Below, in pieces: positions 27,795-35,968 of a stretch of DNA of 64,000 nucleotides. The notes below the pieces were generated by a model. That model searched no databases and had not been told where the DNA came from. It was given only the letters and a program-made list of their open reading frames with translations. Location: the IMG/VR virus record IMGVR_UViG_3300042879_003054; one strand, written 5' to 3'. Every line of letters starts with the position of its first letter. Positions within the stretch are counted from its first letter, which is position 1. The DNA comes from a virus. The translations under genes and the position numbers were made by a program.

Positions 27795-27817
27795 AAAAAA
27801 GTCCCCTTTCGGGGACC
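27795..27817 (-). terminator. Intrinsic terminator
   Basis: GTCCCC-GAAA-GGGGAC-TTTTTT. Confidence 0.85.
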
Positions 27818-27822
27818 GTAAA

Positions 27823-28032
27823 TTATTCTGCTTCTGGGAGTGGAATTTCTTCTGGTTGTGGTTCTGGTTGTGGAAGAGTCACACCTATTTGTGTAAGATA
27901 CTCAATCGCACCTTGAACCTTCAAAAAAAGTTCTCTTTTTGTTGTGGCCTTAGTTTGAAGTCCTTCCAATTCAAGGGATAGGTCTTGTGCTTGCTTTACA
28001 AGATTCGCAAGATGTTCCTGTTGTTCAGTCAT
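27823..28032 (-). CDS. Hypothetical coiled-coil protein
   Basis: MTEQQEHLANLV...KVQGAIEYL; TATAAATA upstream. Confidence 0.65.
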   Translation of the reverse strand: MTEQQEHLANLVKQAQDLSLELEGLQTKATTKRELFLKVQGAIEYLTQIGVTLPQPEPQPEEIPLPEAE

Positions 28033-28127
28033 AAAATTAAATAAACTCAATTTATTTATAGTATAATACATAAAGACAAATAACAAAATAACATCAATAA
28101 ATAGTTACAAACATTACTTTTAGAAAA

Positions 28128-28589
28128 ATGAAAAGATTAGCACTTATCTTTTCGTTATTCTTCACTACTCCTGCTTTTGCTGGTGAAATCACATCAAAAA
28201 TCACTGACTCAATTCAATTAAATGTTCAGGGTGCTGCGGTACAATCAGAAAGAGTCGGTGCCTCATATGCAGTTTCAGGCACCAATATTAATGTAACAAC
28301 TCTTGGAGGAGTTGGTGGAGCAGGTTCTTATGGTATCAATACAAACGGACAAGCATTTAGTTTCTCTGAAACATCAATTACTGCAGATGTTGATGTTACC
28401 TCTCAGTCGGCAGCTTCTGGAACAATTGCTTCTCCCAACCTTTATAGCAACTCTACTACTCAATTAGGTGGAGATAAGGGTTCTCTTGCTGGTACTTTAA
28501 GCGGAACTGGTGTTCCAACAATTACTGCGGGTGGTTCAGGAACAACTGGAACAGCACAACGTAGCGTTGAATTGAGCGTATTTAAGTGA
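28128..28589 (+). CDS. Secreted/virion protein with signal peptide
   Basis: MKRLALIFSLFFTTPAFA signal; Ser/Thr/Gly-rich. Confidence 0.7.
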   Translation: MKRLALIFSLFFTTPAFAGEITSKITDSIQLNVQGAAVQSERVGASYAVSGTNINVTTLGGVGGAGSYGINTNGQAFSFSETSITADVDVTSQSAASGTIASPNLYSNSTTQLGGDKGSLAGTLSGTGVPTITAGGSGTTGTAQRSVELSVFK

Positions 28590-28948
28590 GACATATAACT
28601 CTCGGACTGGTTACAGTTCTGGGAGTTATAAGTCCTTCATACGCTGGACCCGTAACTCCCAACTTCACCAGTGGGACTATTACATCTGAGACTAAAACAC
28701 GCACTGAAGTTATTGAGACTATCAGGCAAATAGAATATACTACTGGAACATCTTATACAGTCACTGGCACCAACATTAATATACCAGGAACTCCTGCTCC
28801 TGGTATGAATTACACAATTCAAACTCAAGGTGCTCCATTCCAATTTAGTGAGACTTATTTGACTCCTGGAGTGGCAAAGGAAACATGGATAGACAGAAAA
28901 ACTACGGAAGATTCTATAACAAATACTATATCAGTCTTCACTCAATAA
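28586..28948 (+). CDS. Secreted/virion protein with signal peptide
   Basis: Signal ending SYA, then PVTPNFTSG; shares FxFSET and SVF motifs with the upstream gene. Confidence 0.7.
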   Translation: MRHITLGLVTVLGVISPSYAGPVTPNFTSGTITSETKTRTEVIETIRQIEYTTGTSYTVTGTNINIPGTPAPGMNYTIQTQGAPFQFSETYLTPGVAKETWIDRKTTEDSITNTISVFTQ

Positions 28949-29589
28949 TTTTTATGCCCCCTACCTTTTGGCATTTTAGTTTTATTTCTCCCATTAATAA
29001 ACCCAATTGGACACTCAAAATGAGTTAATATTTCTTCTCCAGTTAATGGGTTGTGATACCACTTTCTTCCAACATTATGAGAACCCCATAATTTTTTTCT
29101 TTCATTTAAATTAAAATGACTTTTTTGAGTTTTCTGTGAGTGAATATCCCTATTCTCTTGATTCGAAAATCTTTCTTTTTGAGATTTAGACATAAGTTCT
29201 TTAGACTTTTCCATTCCCTCTTTATGTGATTTTTTATATTCTTCATTTTCCCACATTTTTTTAGAGGCAATAGAATGTGACTCTCTTGATTTCTCCCTAT
29301 TGTTTTCAGTCAAAGTATTACCTCCGTCCCCCCCATCAGCAAAGTTACACAACAAACCACCTTCAACTTTTTTACCATATATTTTTATCATTCTTCTCTC
29401 TTCATCCATACATTCATTTCTCGTTCCTTCAAATATTATTTCATATTGAAATGAATTTTCATCTTCTGCTTTTTGCCAAGTATTTAAATGGAAATTATTT
29501 CTTCTTTTTTTAGAAATACATCTATCACCTTGCCCCATTCCAACATAAAAGGGAATTCCCCCCCGTTTATGGATATAAACATAAGTCAT
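28942..29589 (-). mobile_element. GIY-YIG-like homing endonuclease inserted antisense within an operon
   Basis: YVYIHKR..FYVGMG, LCNFADGGDGG, GRKWYHN..GFINGR; own late promoter at 29618-29625. Confidence 0.8.
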
Positions 29590-30144
29590 AGTATTTCTGC
29601 TTGGTTAGTAACATTATTATTTATAATACCACAAGGTTATGTAAGAGCACAACAAGCACCAAGTAATACGAATATTGCAGGTCCAAGTGCTTCAGCAACA
29701 GGTAGTGTTGTGAATCAGGCAGTTCAGGTGCTTCAAGGTCCTTATGCCTTGAATACATTTGGTAATGGAGTTTCATGTCAGGGTCCTACAATGAGTGTTG
29801 CTCCATTTGCTTTGGGAAGTTTCAATGGAAATCAAGACCCAACATCATACCAATCTCATAGTGGAAACTTTGGAGTAAGTTTGGGTTTTAATTTTCCTCT
29901 AGATGGTTCATTACAAGAACTTTGTAAGGCAAGAGCTCGTGTAGAAATTTCAAGACAACAAGCAGAATCGGATAAGGCAAGACTTGACTTTGAACTTGTG
30001 AGACTTTTGAAGTGTGGTGAAGCATTAAAGAATGGAATTTCATTTCATCCACAAAGTCCCTATGCAAAAATTTGTGCTGATATTATTGTGAAGTATCCAA
30101 GAGTACAGGATGTAGCAAATGGAAATAAAACCAATAAAAATTAA
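29569..30144 (+). CDS. Secreted/membrane protein
   Basis: Hydrophobic leader, then QQAPSNTNIAGPSASATG...GVSCQGPT...RLLKCGE; start reassigned to MDIN. Confidence 0.65.
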   Translation: MDINISHSISAWLVTLLFIIPQGYVRAQQAPSNTNIAGPSASATGSVVNQAVQVLQGPYALNTFGNGVSCQGPTMSVAPFALGSFNGNQDPTSYQSHSGNFGVSLGFNFPLDGSLQELCKARARVEISRQQAESDKARLDFELVRLLKCGEALKNGISFHPQSPYAKICADIIVKYPRVQDVANGNKTNKN

Positions 30145-30811
30145 TTCTTCTAGGATTGATGCTCCATCAATTATTCCAACAATAGAACCTCCCGTAATTA
30201 GGAAAGCAGAACGATCTGTGATACCAAGTGTTGATATGCCAATTATTAATATGCCAGATACCACTATAAAGTATCCAGTGATCGATGTTCCAACTCAAGA
30301 AGAGTTTGATGCTGCCGTAAGAGCAGAGCAAAAAAAGAAAGAAGAAGAAAAAGAAGAAAAATCCAGAGGACTTCCAGATACTACCCCTACCCCTCAACTG
30401 CCCCCAGTTGTTCAAACCCCCCCAGATGATCGGAATATTTCCGATCAACCAATACAAACTAGTAATTTAGGAGTACCCGTCATTGAAGTACCAATCATCG
30501 GGGAAGTTCCAGTTCCTCCGAAAGAACAGGTTATGCTTGCTGGCACCACTGCTACTGCTTCTGTTGCTGCGGCTATTGTTGGCAAATCTTTGGTGGAATG
30601 GATGGTAGGTAAAATGAAACCTATTGTTCAGCAGATATTCATAAGGGGTAAGAAACTTTTGAATAGAGATCTTACTCCTTATGAACTTCAGGTTTATTTT
30701 GCTTTTGAAAAAACTTCTTCTATGAAAAAAGTCAATAAGTTACTCAAAAAAGAAGGGAAGAACGAAAAGAAAGAACAATATAAGAAGTTTCACTCAAAGC
30801 AATTATTTTGA
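30119..30811 (+). CDS. Pro-rich membrane-associated hypothetical protein
   Basis: Pro-rich region; AGTTATASVAAAIVG hydrophobic segment; basic tail. Confidence 0.65.
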   Translation: MEIKPIKINSSRIDAPSIIPTIEPPVIRKAERSVIPSVDMPIINMPDTTIKYPVIDVPTQEEFDAAVRAEQKKKEEEKEEKSRGLPDTTPTPQLPPVVQTPPDDRNISDQPIQTSNLGVPVIEVPIIGEVPVPPKEQVMLAGTTATASVAAAIVGKSLVEWMVGKMKPIVQQIFIRGKKLLNRDLTPYELQVYFAFEKTSSMKKVNKLLKKEGKNEKKEQYKKFHSKQLF

Positions 30812-31006
30812 TTTATTCTTTATTTTAAATGCAACATCACCAAGAAAAGAACCAACAGCAAGTATAAGAACTTTAGAATAAGAATCTCTACTAGCATTAT
30901 CAAGTTCTACTTGTCCTTCTGTACGAATCGCAACAGATTCTACAGCAGAAATCATTAAAGCACTCCAAATGATTAAGAATAGTCTTACAATATTAAAGTA
31001 AATCAC
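30803..31006 (-). CDS. Small membrane protein
   Basis: Two hydrophobic segments. Confidence 0.5.
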   Translation of the reverse strand: MIYFNIVRLFLIIWSALMISAVESVAIRTEGQVELDNASRDSYSKVLILAVGSFLGDVAFKIKNKSK

Positions 31007-31407
31007 TTCTTACGCTTTGCGTCAAGTTCAGCAAAATCCTTTTTCTTTGTTCCTCCTGAGTATTCCCAAGCATATCCTTCAGAGATCATACGATCATTAA
31101 GACATACATCATCAACATATAACCTTCCAAGAATTCTTCCATACTTTTCAGTTGAGTCTGGAAGTTCCGTTTTAATGAGAATATTTTTTTTACCATCAAG
31201 ATTTTTTTTCAACCATTCTTTGACTTCTAATCCAAGTGCTTTTTCTTTGAGATCGGTTGTACGACTTTCCGGAGTATCAACACCACTAAGGCGTACTCGC
31301 TTAGTAAGAGAAATATCGAAGCCAAGATCAATATCCGCATCGATTGTGTCACCATCAACTACTCTCAATACTTGTTTTACTCTGTAGATATATGGGTCTT
31401 TATCCAT
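31003..31407 (-). CDS. Thermonuclease (SNase-like)
   Basis: VVDGDTID, RVRLSGVDTPE and KYGRILG motifs. Confidence 0.9.
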   Translation of the reverse strand: MDKDPYIYRVKQVLRVVDGDTIDADIDLGFDISLTKRVRLSGVDTPESRTTDLKEKALGLEVKEWLKKNLDGKKNILIKTELPDSTEKYGRILGRLYVDDVCLNDRMISEGYAWEYSGGTKKKDFAELDAKRKK

Positions 31408-31619
31408 TAGAATGGTAATTTAAACTTCTCAGTATTTAGTTTAGGAATAGGTAATTTTTCAAATGCTTTTGATACCTGTTTCTCTACAACAGCACCAACA
31501 AATGCTTCCGGATTATCTAGAATCTTCTGTGCTTTTTGATAAGTAATGTATGCTCCTACGCAAAGAGCACCACTAATGCTTAGACTTGTGATTGATAGAA
31601 TTAGACTCAGATGTTTCAT
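31407..31619 (-). CDS. Small membrane protein
   Basis: N-terminal TM segment. Confidence 0.6.
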   Translation of the reverse strand: MKHLSLILSITSLSISGALCVGAYITYQKAQKILDNPEAFVGAVVEKQVSKAFEKLPIPKLNTEKFKLPF

Positions 31620-31725
31620 CTTTCATCTCCTCGGATGCTAACTTTAATATGTAGTAAATTACATAAGCAGTAAATACCAAACCAGAACAAAGAATTATAA
31701 CTACACCCCAAGGAAATTCATTCAT
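31573..31725 (-). CDS. Small membrane protein (50 aa)
   Basis: Hand translation MNEFPWGVVIILCSGLVFTAYVIYYILKLA... Confidence 0.55.
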   Translation of the reverse strand: MNEFPWGVVIILCSGLVFTAYVIYYILKLASEEMKDETSESNSINHKSKH

Positions 31726-31918
31726 CCCAAACACCTTCTTGCTTATGAATCCATATCTTTAAATCTTTTACATATTTTCTTAATATTTGTGCTTGTTCTT
31801 CATGCCAAAAATCACCCGTCTCCATATGAAGGCGGGTGTGATTATCTATTGCTTTAAGAATTTGGTGAATTGGGGCGTTCCAACATTGACGCTTGGGAGT
31901 ATTCCACTCTCTTGGCAT
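31718..31918 (-). CDS. Conserved cyanophage hypothetical protein
   Basis: MPREWNTPKR.CWNAPIHQILKAIDNH; GAGG RBS. Confidence 0.65.
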   Translation of the reverse strand: MPREWNTPKRQCWNAPIHQILKAIDNHTRLHMETGDFWHEEQAQILRKYVKDLKIWIHKQEGVWDE

Positions 31919-31927
31919 AAAACCTCA

Positions 31928-32041
31928 TTATTTTTTCTTACCACCGTTCTTTGCTTTCTTTGCAGTAGCATTACCTTGATTCTGCTTAGAATTTTTACCT
32001 CCAGCAGAACCCTTCTTACCTTTGTTTGCTGATTTTGCCAT
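31928..32041 (-). CDS. Small Lys/Gly-rich basic peptide (37 aa)
   Basis: MAKSANKGKKGSAGGKNSKQNQGNATAKKAKNGGKKK. Confidence 0.6.
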   Translation of the reverse strand: MAKSANKGKKGSAGGKNSKQNQGNATAKKAKNGGKKK

Positions 32042-32397
32042 TATGCTCCTGTGCGTGGTTGAACGAATCCTTCACCATCTTCTACTTTAGTTTCCAGTGC
32101 TTCAACTCTTGCTTCAAGAGTTTCTGGTGGTGCTTCAGGGGCAGGTGGTTCTGGTGGAGTTTCTACAAACTCTTCTCTTTTAGGTTCTTGCTTTTTTTCA
32201 TCTTCATCATCTCCACCTTTCTTCATCGTATTAATACCAAAAGTAGCAGCAGATGCTGTGAAGACTGTAGCGATAAAAGTTGGGTCCATCTTAGATAGAG
32301 TGCCCGCATAACTTGCAGTAAGAAGAGCAGCAGACCAACCCAAGATACATATACGAATTAATTGTCCCATAGCATTTTCGTTTTTCTTAGTAGTCAT
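32041..32397 (-). CDS. Two-TM membrane protein (holin candidate)
   Basis: Two TM segments plus a charged tail, directly downstream of the lysozyme. Confidence 0.55.
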   Translation of the reverse strand: MTTKKNENAMGQLIRICILGWSAALLTASYAGTLSKMDPTFIATVFTASAATFGINTMKKGGDDEDEKKQEPKREEFVETPPEPPAPEAPPETLEARVEALETKVEDGEGFVQPRTGA

Positions 32398-32415
32398 TTT
32401 CCTTTGTGAATAGGG

Positions 32416-33087
32416 TTAACCTTTTTTCCAAGATTCACCTTCTGCTTTTCTTCTACGAGCAAGACCTGCTTCTACATTTGAACCAGGATTTCTGTAGAGA
32501 TATAAAGCATCTGGAACTAAGTCCCATTCTTTATTCTTCAGTCTCTTAGTGATAGTATTAAAATCACCAGAACCATAAAAACCAGCACCGAGATTATAAG
32601 CAAAAGAAAGTAGGGCACCTCTTTTGCCGTCAGACATTTCATTCCAGTGTGGAATTTTACGAAGTGAAGGAAGAAACTCTCTCTTACATTGTTCAATCAA
32701 AAGTTCATCTGCTTCTGTTTGTGTGAGAGTATCACCCATATGGAATGCAGATCCATCTTTCTTACGAGTTGAACCCCAACCAATTGTGATTGGAAGTCCA
32801 CCAGATAGAGGATCGGGATATGCCTTTAGATGACATCCTTCAAACTCTTTGATTAATTTAAGGCCTATCATAGGCATATCGTCACCACCAACTACAGGAG
32901 CGGCAGCAGTTGGTGCTGATGCTGGTGCCGCATTACCCTTTTTTCCTCTGTAGATCTCCGCCCAATCTACGTTATCTTCCAGATACTTGACTGGTAGGTT
33001 ATCTTCTAACCATTGAACTGCTTTCACATGATTAGGGTTCTTCTCGTCATAGAACTTGAAGAAGTTATGTAAATCGATTCTTGCCAT
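32416..33087 (-). CDS. GH24 lysozyme (endolysin)
   Basis: LIKEFEG..AYPDP..TIGWG, ALLSFAYNLG, GLARRRKAE. Confidence 0.9.
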   Translation of the reverse strand: MARIDLHNFFKFYDEKNPNHVKAVQWLEDNLPVKYLEDNVDWAEIYRGKKGNAAPASAPTAAAPVVGGDDMPMIGLKLIKEFEGCHLKAYPDPLSGGLPITIGWGSTRKKDGSAFHMGDTLTQTEADELLIEQCKREFLPSLRKIPHWNEMSDGKRGALLSFAYNLGAGFYGSGDFNTITKRLKNKEWDLVPDALYLYRNPGSNVEAGLARRRKAEGESWKKG

Positions 33088-33211
33088 TGTCGTCTCCAAA
33101 GTATTTGTTGAAAAGTTTGGAAGCTTCTAAGTGCTTTCCGTGATTTGTAAGATCTTTAATTCTTTGTAAGATCTTTCTCTTGAAATTAATCGAGGAGTTT
33201 TCATTCTCCAT
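33065..33211 (-). CDS. Small hypothetical protein (48 aa)
   Basis: Hand translation MENENSSINFKRKILQRIKDLTNHGKHLEASKLFNKYF... Confidence 0.5.
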   Translation of the reverse strand: MENENSSINFKRKILQRIKDLTNHGKHLEASKLFNKYFGDDNGKNRFT

Positions 33212-33217
33212 AAGTAT

Positions 33218-33589
33218 TTAACCAATAATACTCTCTCTCCAATCTTCACTCATATTCACCATAATTGCTTCTGCTGCTTCTGGAGTTTCAGCATATCCTT
33301 CATCAAGTAAGTGTGAGAGGATGATGTCGTAATAGTCATAACTATCAGATACAGCAATACGACTATCCTTTACTTCTTTACCTGCTCTTCTTCTTGCTTT
33401 ATTACCAGAACCAACATCTTCTGGTTTTTGTCTTTTACGAGCACTAAGTTTTCTAAGAGTTTCAACATCTCTTAGTTTTCTATTAAGTAAATCAGATGCT
33501 TTTTGTTTGCGAGCACCAGTAAGTTCTTCATCAACCTGATAAACTTGATTATAAGCTTCTTGAAGGGCACGAAGTTCTTGTGCGTCCAT
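33218..33589 (-). CDS. Putative internal head protein (modular family)
   Basis: C-terminal YDIILSHLLDEGYAETPEAAEAIMVNMSEDW motif shared with two other genes in the window. Confidence 0.55.
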   Translation of the reverse strand: MDAQELRALQEAYNQVYQVDEELTGARKQKASDLLNRKLRDVETLRKLSARKRQKPEDVGSGNKARRRAGKEVKDSRIAVSDSYDYYDIILSHLLDEGYAETPEAAEAIMVNMSEDWRESIIG

Positions 33590-33611
33590 TTTACAAATAC
33601 TTTTTAGTTAT

Positions 33612-34247
33612 TTATATTTTAAAAGCAGTCCAACCTTTCTCTTGTTTCCTTTTACCAGAAACCACATCATAAAGATGTTTTAAATTATTTTGTCTTTGGA
33701 ATTCTTTTAAATTATTGGTATTATATTTAACCCCATCTGGTGATATTATGACATAAGTATTTTTACAGACAGATTGAGTTCTTTTATCTACCAACTCTTT
33801 TGATAATTTTCTTCCTTTTAGAGTATTACTTATTTTTCTTTTTGTTTCCTCACTTTTTGGGGAATATATCCTACTCAAAGAACTTTGTCTTATTTTTTCT
33901 ATTGCTTCTGGTGTGTGTTTCCACCCACTACATTTCTCTTTAAGAATTACTCTGGTGGAATCTTTGACTACTCTACCAGAAGCACCTTCACCACCAAAAG
34001 TTTTATTCAAAAGAATTCCACCATCAATCTTTCTGCCGAACACACTTATCATATAAGTTTCGTGTTTAAATGCTTCCTCTTCTATAAGATTTTGTTTGAG
34101 AAAGATTATTCTATTTTTATCTTTTGGAACAGGACAAGGTTTTCCACTACCTTCAAATAATCTATATCTTACTCCCTTACCTATGTAATAAGGAGTTCTA
34201 TCCTCACGTAAATAGGCATAGGTATAAAACCTGTTAGGATTTACCAT
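33612..34247 (-). mobile_element. GIY-YIG-like homing endonuclease with NUMOD3 repeats
   Basis: FYTYAYLREDRTPYYIGKG, ILLNKTFGGEG, HTPEAIEKI, SEETKRKIS; paralog of 14843-15394. Confidence 0.82.
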
Positions 34248-34351
34248 TTCTACTCTTAAATTGGTTCGCAATAGTATTTATACAAGAAAAGGAGCATTTC
34301 TGCTCCCCCCTCTACCTTAAAGATGCGAACCAATTAAGGCATTATTATTTA

Positions 34352-35023
34352 TCAATCAAAGATACGACCCCATCCGTCCCCTCCGGTAGGTGCCCAACGG
34401 TGCTTAAGAACTGCTTTGGTATAAATGGTCTTCTTACCATTTGTAACTGGACCAGTATAGTTATCGTTTAGAGAACCATAAGGATCATTTACATAGTATC
34501 CTTTACCATCAGGTGTCTTACCGATGACTACGCACATGTGTCCACCAGTAGGGGAAGTTAGAGAACCACGATGAAGAATTCCAATGACAACTGGTTTTCC
34601 CCTATCAAGGCTCTTATCAATGTCAGCAAAAGAAAGATTATAACTAAAGTGAGACTTAATACCATAACCTGCGAGAACCTTTGTCTGAACCGCATGGTCT
34701 GTCGTGTCACCAATCGCAAATACTTTCTTAACATATTCATCATCACCTTTAATGCTTCCTGGTTTGAGGAAAGCAAGACACATAGCACATGATGAACTGT
34801 TACAAGTTCTATGTGCATCTCTATAATTATCTACTTGATTAAAATATGGAACATCAAGAACTGCTGGTGTAGGTGGTTTAGTTCTAAAGATTCCAATCCA
34901 TTCTGTTTCTGAGTCATCCATGAATTCAGCAGGAAGGTTATCCTCTAACCATTGCACTGCTGCCACATGATTCGAATTTCCATCATCATAATACTTAAAA
35001 AAGTTATGAAGATCTAATGTCAT
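34352..35023 (-). CDS. Peptidase C39-like protein
   Basis: VPYFNQ, TCNSSSCAM, GGHMCVVIG and VNDPYG motifs. Confidence 0.82.
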   Translation of the reverse strand: MTLDLHNFFKYYDDGNSNHVAAVQWLEDNLPAEFMDDSETEWIGIFRTKPPTPAVLDVPYFNQVDNYRDAHRTCNSSSCAMCLAFLKPGSIKGDDEYVKKVFAIGDTTDHAVQTKVLAGYGIKSHFSYNLSFADIDKSLDRGKPVVIGILHRGSLTSPTGGHMCVVIGKTPDGKGYYVNDPYGSLNDNYTGPVTNGKKTIYTKAVLKHRWAPTGGDGWGRIFD

Positions 35024-35061
35024 TTTTTTATATTTACAGACACTGAAGGTATTTATTTATT

Positions 35062-35226
35062 TTAATACCTATACTCTTCTATTTTATCAAGAACTTTATT
35101 TAGGTATTGATGTGCTAACCATTTTGGGTCATATCCAGATTTATCCATCCACTCTTTATCCAGGTTTGATTTTATTTTAAGAACTTCACACTTGATAATA
35201 TCTTTAGTCAGTTGTCCTCGTGGCAT
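35062..35226 (-). CDS. Hypothetical protein (54 aa)
   Basis: Hand translation MPRGQLTKDIIKCEVLKIK...LAHQYLNKVLDKIEEYRY. Confidence 0.6.
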   Translation of the reverse strand: MPRGQLTKDIIKCEVLKIKSNLDKEWMDKSGYDPKWLAHQYLNKVLDKIEEYRY

Positions 35227-35283
35227 AATACAAAAAAACTCTGCTGCTTATTTAGCAACAGAGTAAAAAAATATTAAGTATTA

Positions 35284-35403
35284 TCAAAAAATTCCAGGAA
35301 TAATTTGTCCGGTAGTGAGATAAGTGCCTACAGCAACAACAAATCCTAGCATTGCCAATCTTCCATTTAGCAATTCTGCTTGTTCAGTCCATCCGAATTT
35401 CAT
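35284..35403 (-). CDS. hli: High-light inducible protein (39 aa)
   Basis: MKFGWTEQAELLNGRLAMLGFVVAVGTYLTTGQIIPGIF (ExxNGRxAMxG); absent from ORF track. Confidence 0.93.
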   Translation of the reverse strand: MKFGWTEQAELLNGRLAMLGFVVAVGTYLTTGQIIPGIF

Positions 35404-35564
35404 TTTGTTTCTCCTCTTTTAGTAGTGTTTTGAATTACAATAAATTTGTCTTTTGGTAGAGTACCTGCGATACAGACTTTAAGTTTGTCATTATTATTCC
35501 AGGCACCAGATTCAACCAGTTCTTGAAGAGCAACAGAAAGTTGCCCAAGCATATTAGCACTCAT
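35400..35564 (-). CDS. Hypothetical protein
   Basis: MSANMLGQLSVALQEL...; coupled to hli. Confidence 0.55.
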   Translation of the reverse strand: MSANMLGQLSVALQELVESGAWNNNDKLKVCIAGTLPKDKFIVIQNTTKRGETK

Positions 35565-35650
35565 TAATAAGTTTCCACAACTTTCTCTATAGAATAACAC
35601 AGAAGCACAAGAAAGGCAACTGAGGTAATGGTGAAAATTAATTCAGTCAT
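35564..35650 (-). CDS. Single-TM peptide (28 aa)
   Basis: MTELIFTITSVAFLVLLCYSIEKVVETY; overlaps the stop and start codons of both neighbours. Confidence 0.55.
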   Translation of the reverse strand: MTELIFTITSVAFLVLLCYSIEKVVETY

Positions 35651-35859
35651 CAGAAGATACCGAAGAAGAGTTTACCAGTGCCAACATAAGAAATGATAGC
35701 AGCAATAAAACCGACCATTGCCCAGCGTCCATTTATTTTCTCCGCCTTTTCGGCATAAGGTTCAATACCATAACGCTCAAGATCTTCCTTAGTCATATAC
35801 ATAGAAGGTTCTTTTGCCCACATATTCATTTGCCCAAATTCATTTTTGGTTACAGTCAT
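35650..35859 (-). CDS. hli: High-light inducible protein (69 aa)
   Basis: NMWAKEP..AEKINGRWAMVGF..TGKLFFGIF; start reassigned to MTVTK. Confidence 0.92.
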   Translation of the reverse strand: MTVTKNEFGQMNMWAKEPSMYMTKEDLERYGIEPYAEKAEKINGRWAMVGFIAAIISYVGTGKLFFGIF

Positions 35860-35868
35860 ATAAGTTTT

Positions 35869-35923
35869 GTTAAGAAACATTACAGAATTATATAGCAAAA
35901 ATAAAGAGGGGTCAAGCCCCTCT
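35869..35923 (-). promoter_or_regulatory. hli promoter whose -35 lies in a terminator hairpin
   Basis: TTGACC-17-TATAAT; AGAGGGG/CCCCTCT hairpin; degenerate HLR1 at 35869-35886. Confidence 0.7.
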
Positions 35924-35968
35924 AGTAGTAATTTATACCTAATTGTGTTAGGATTTGCTAAATTATAT

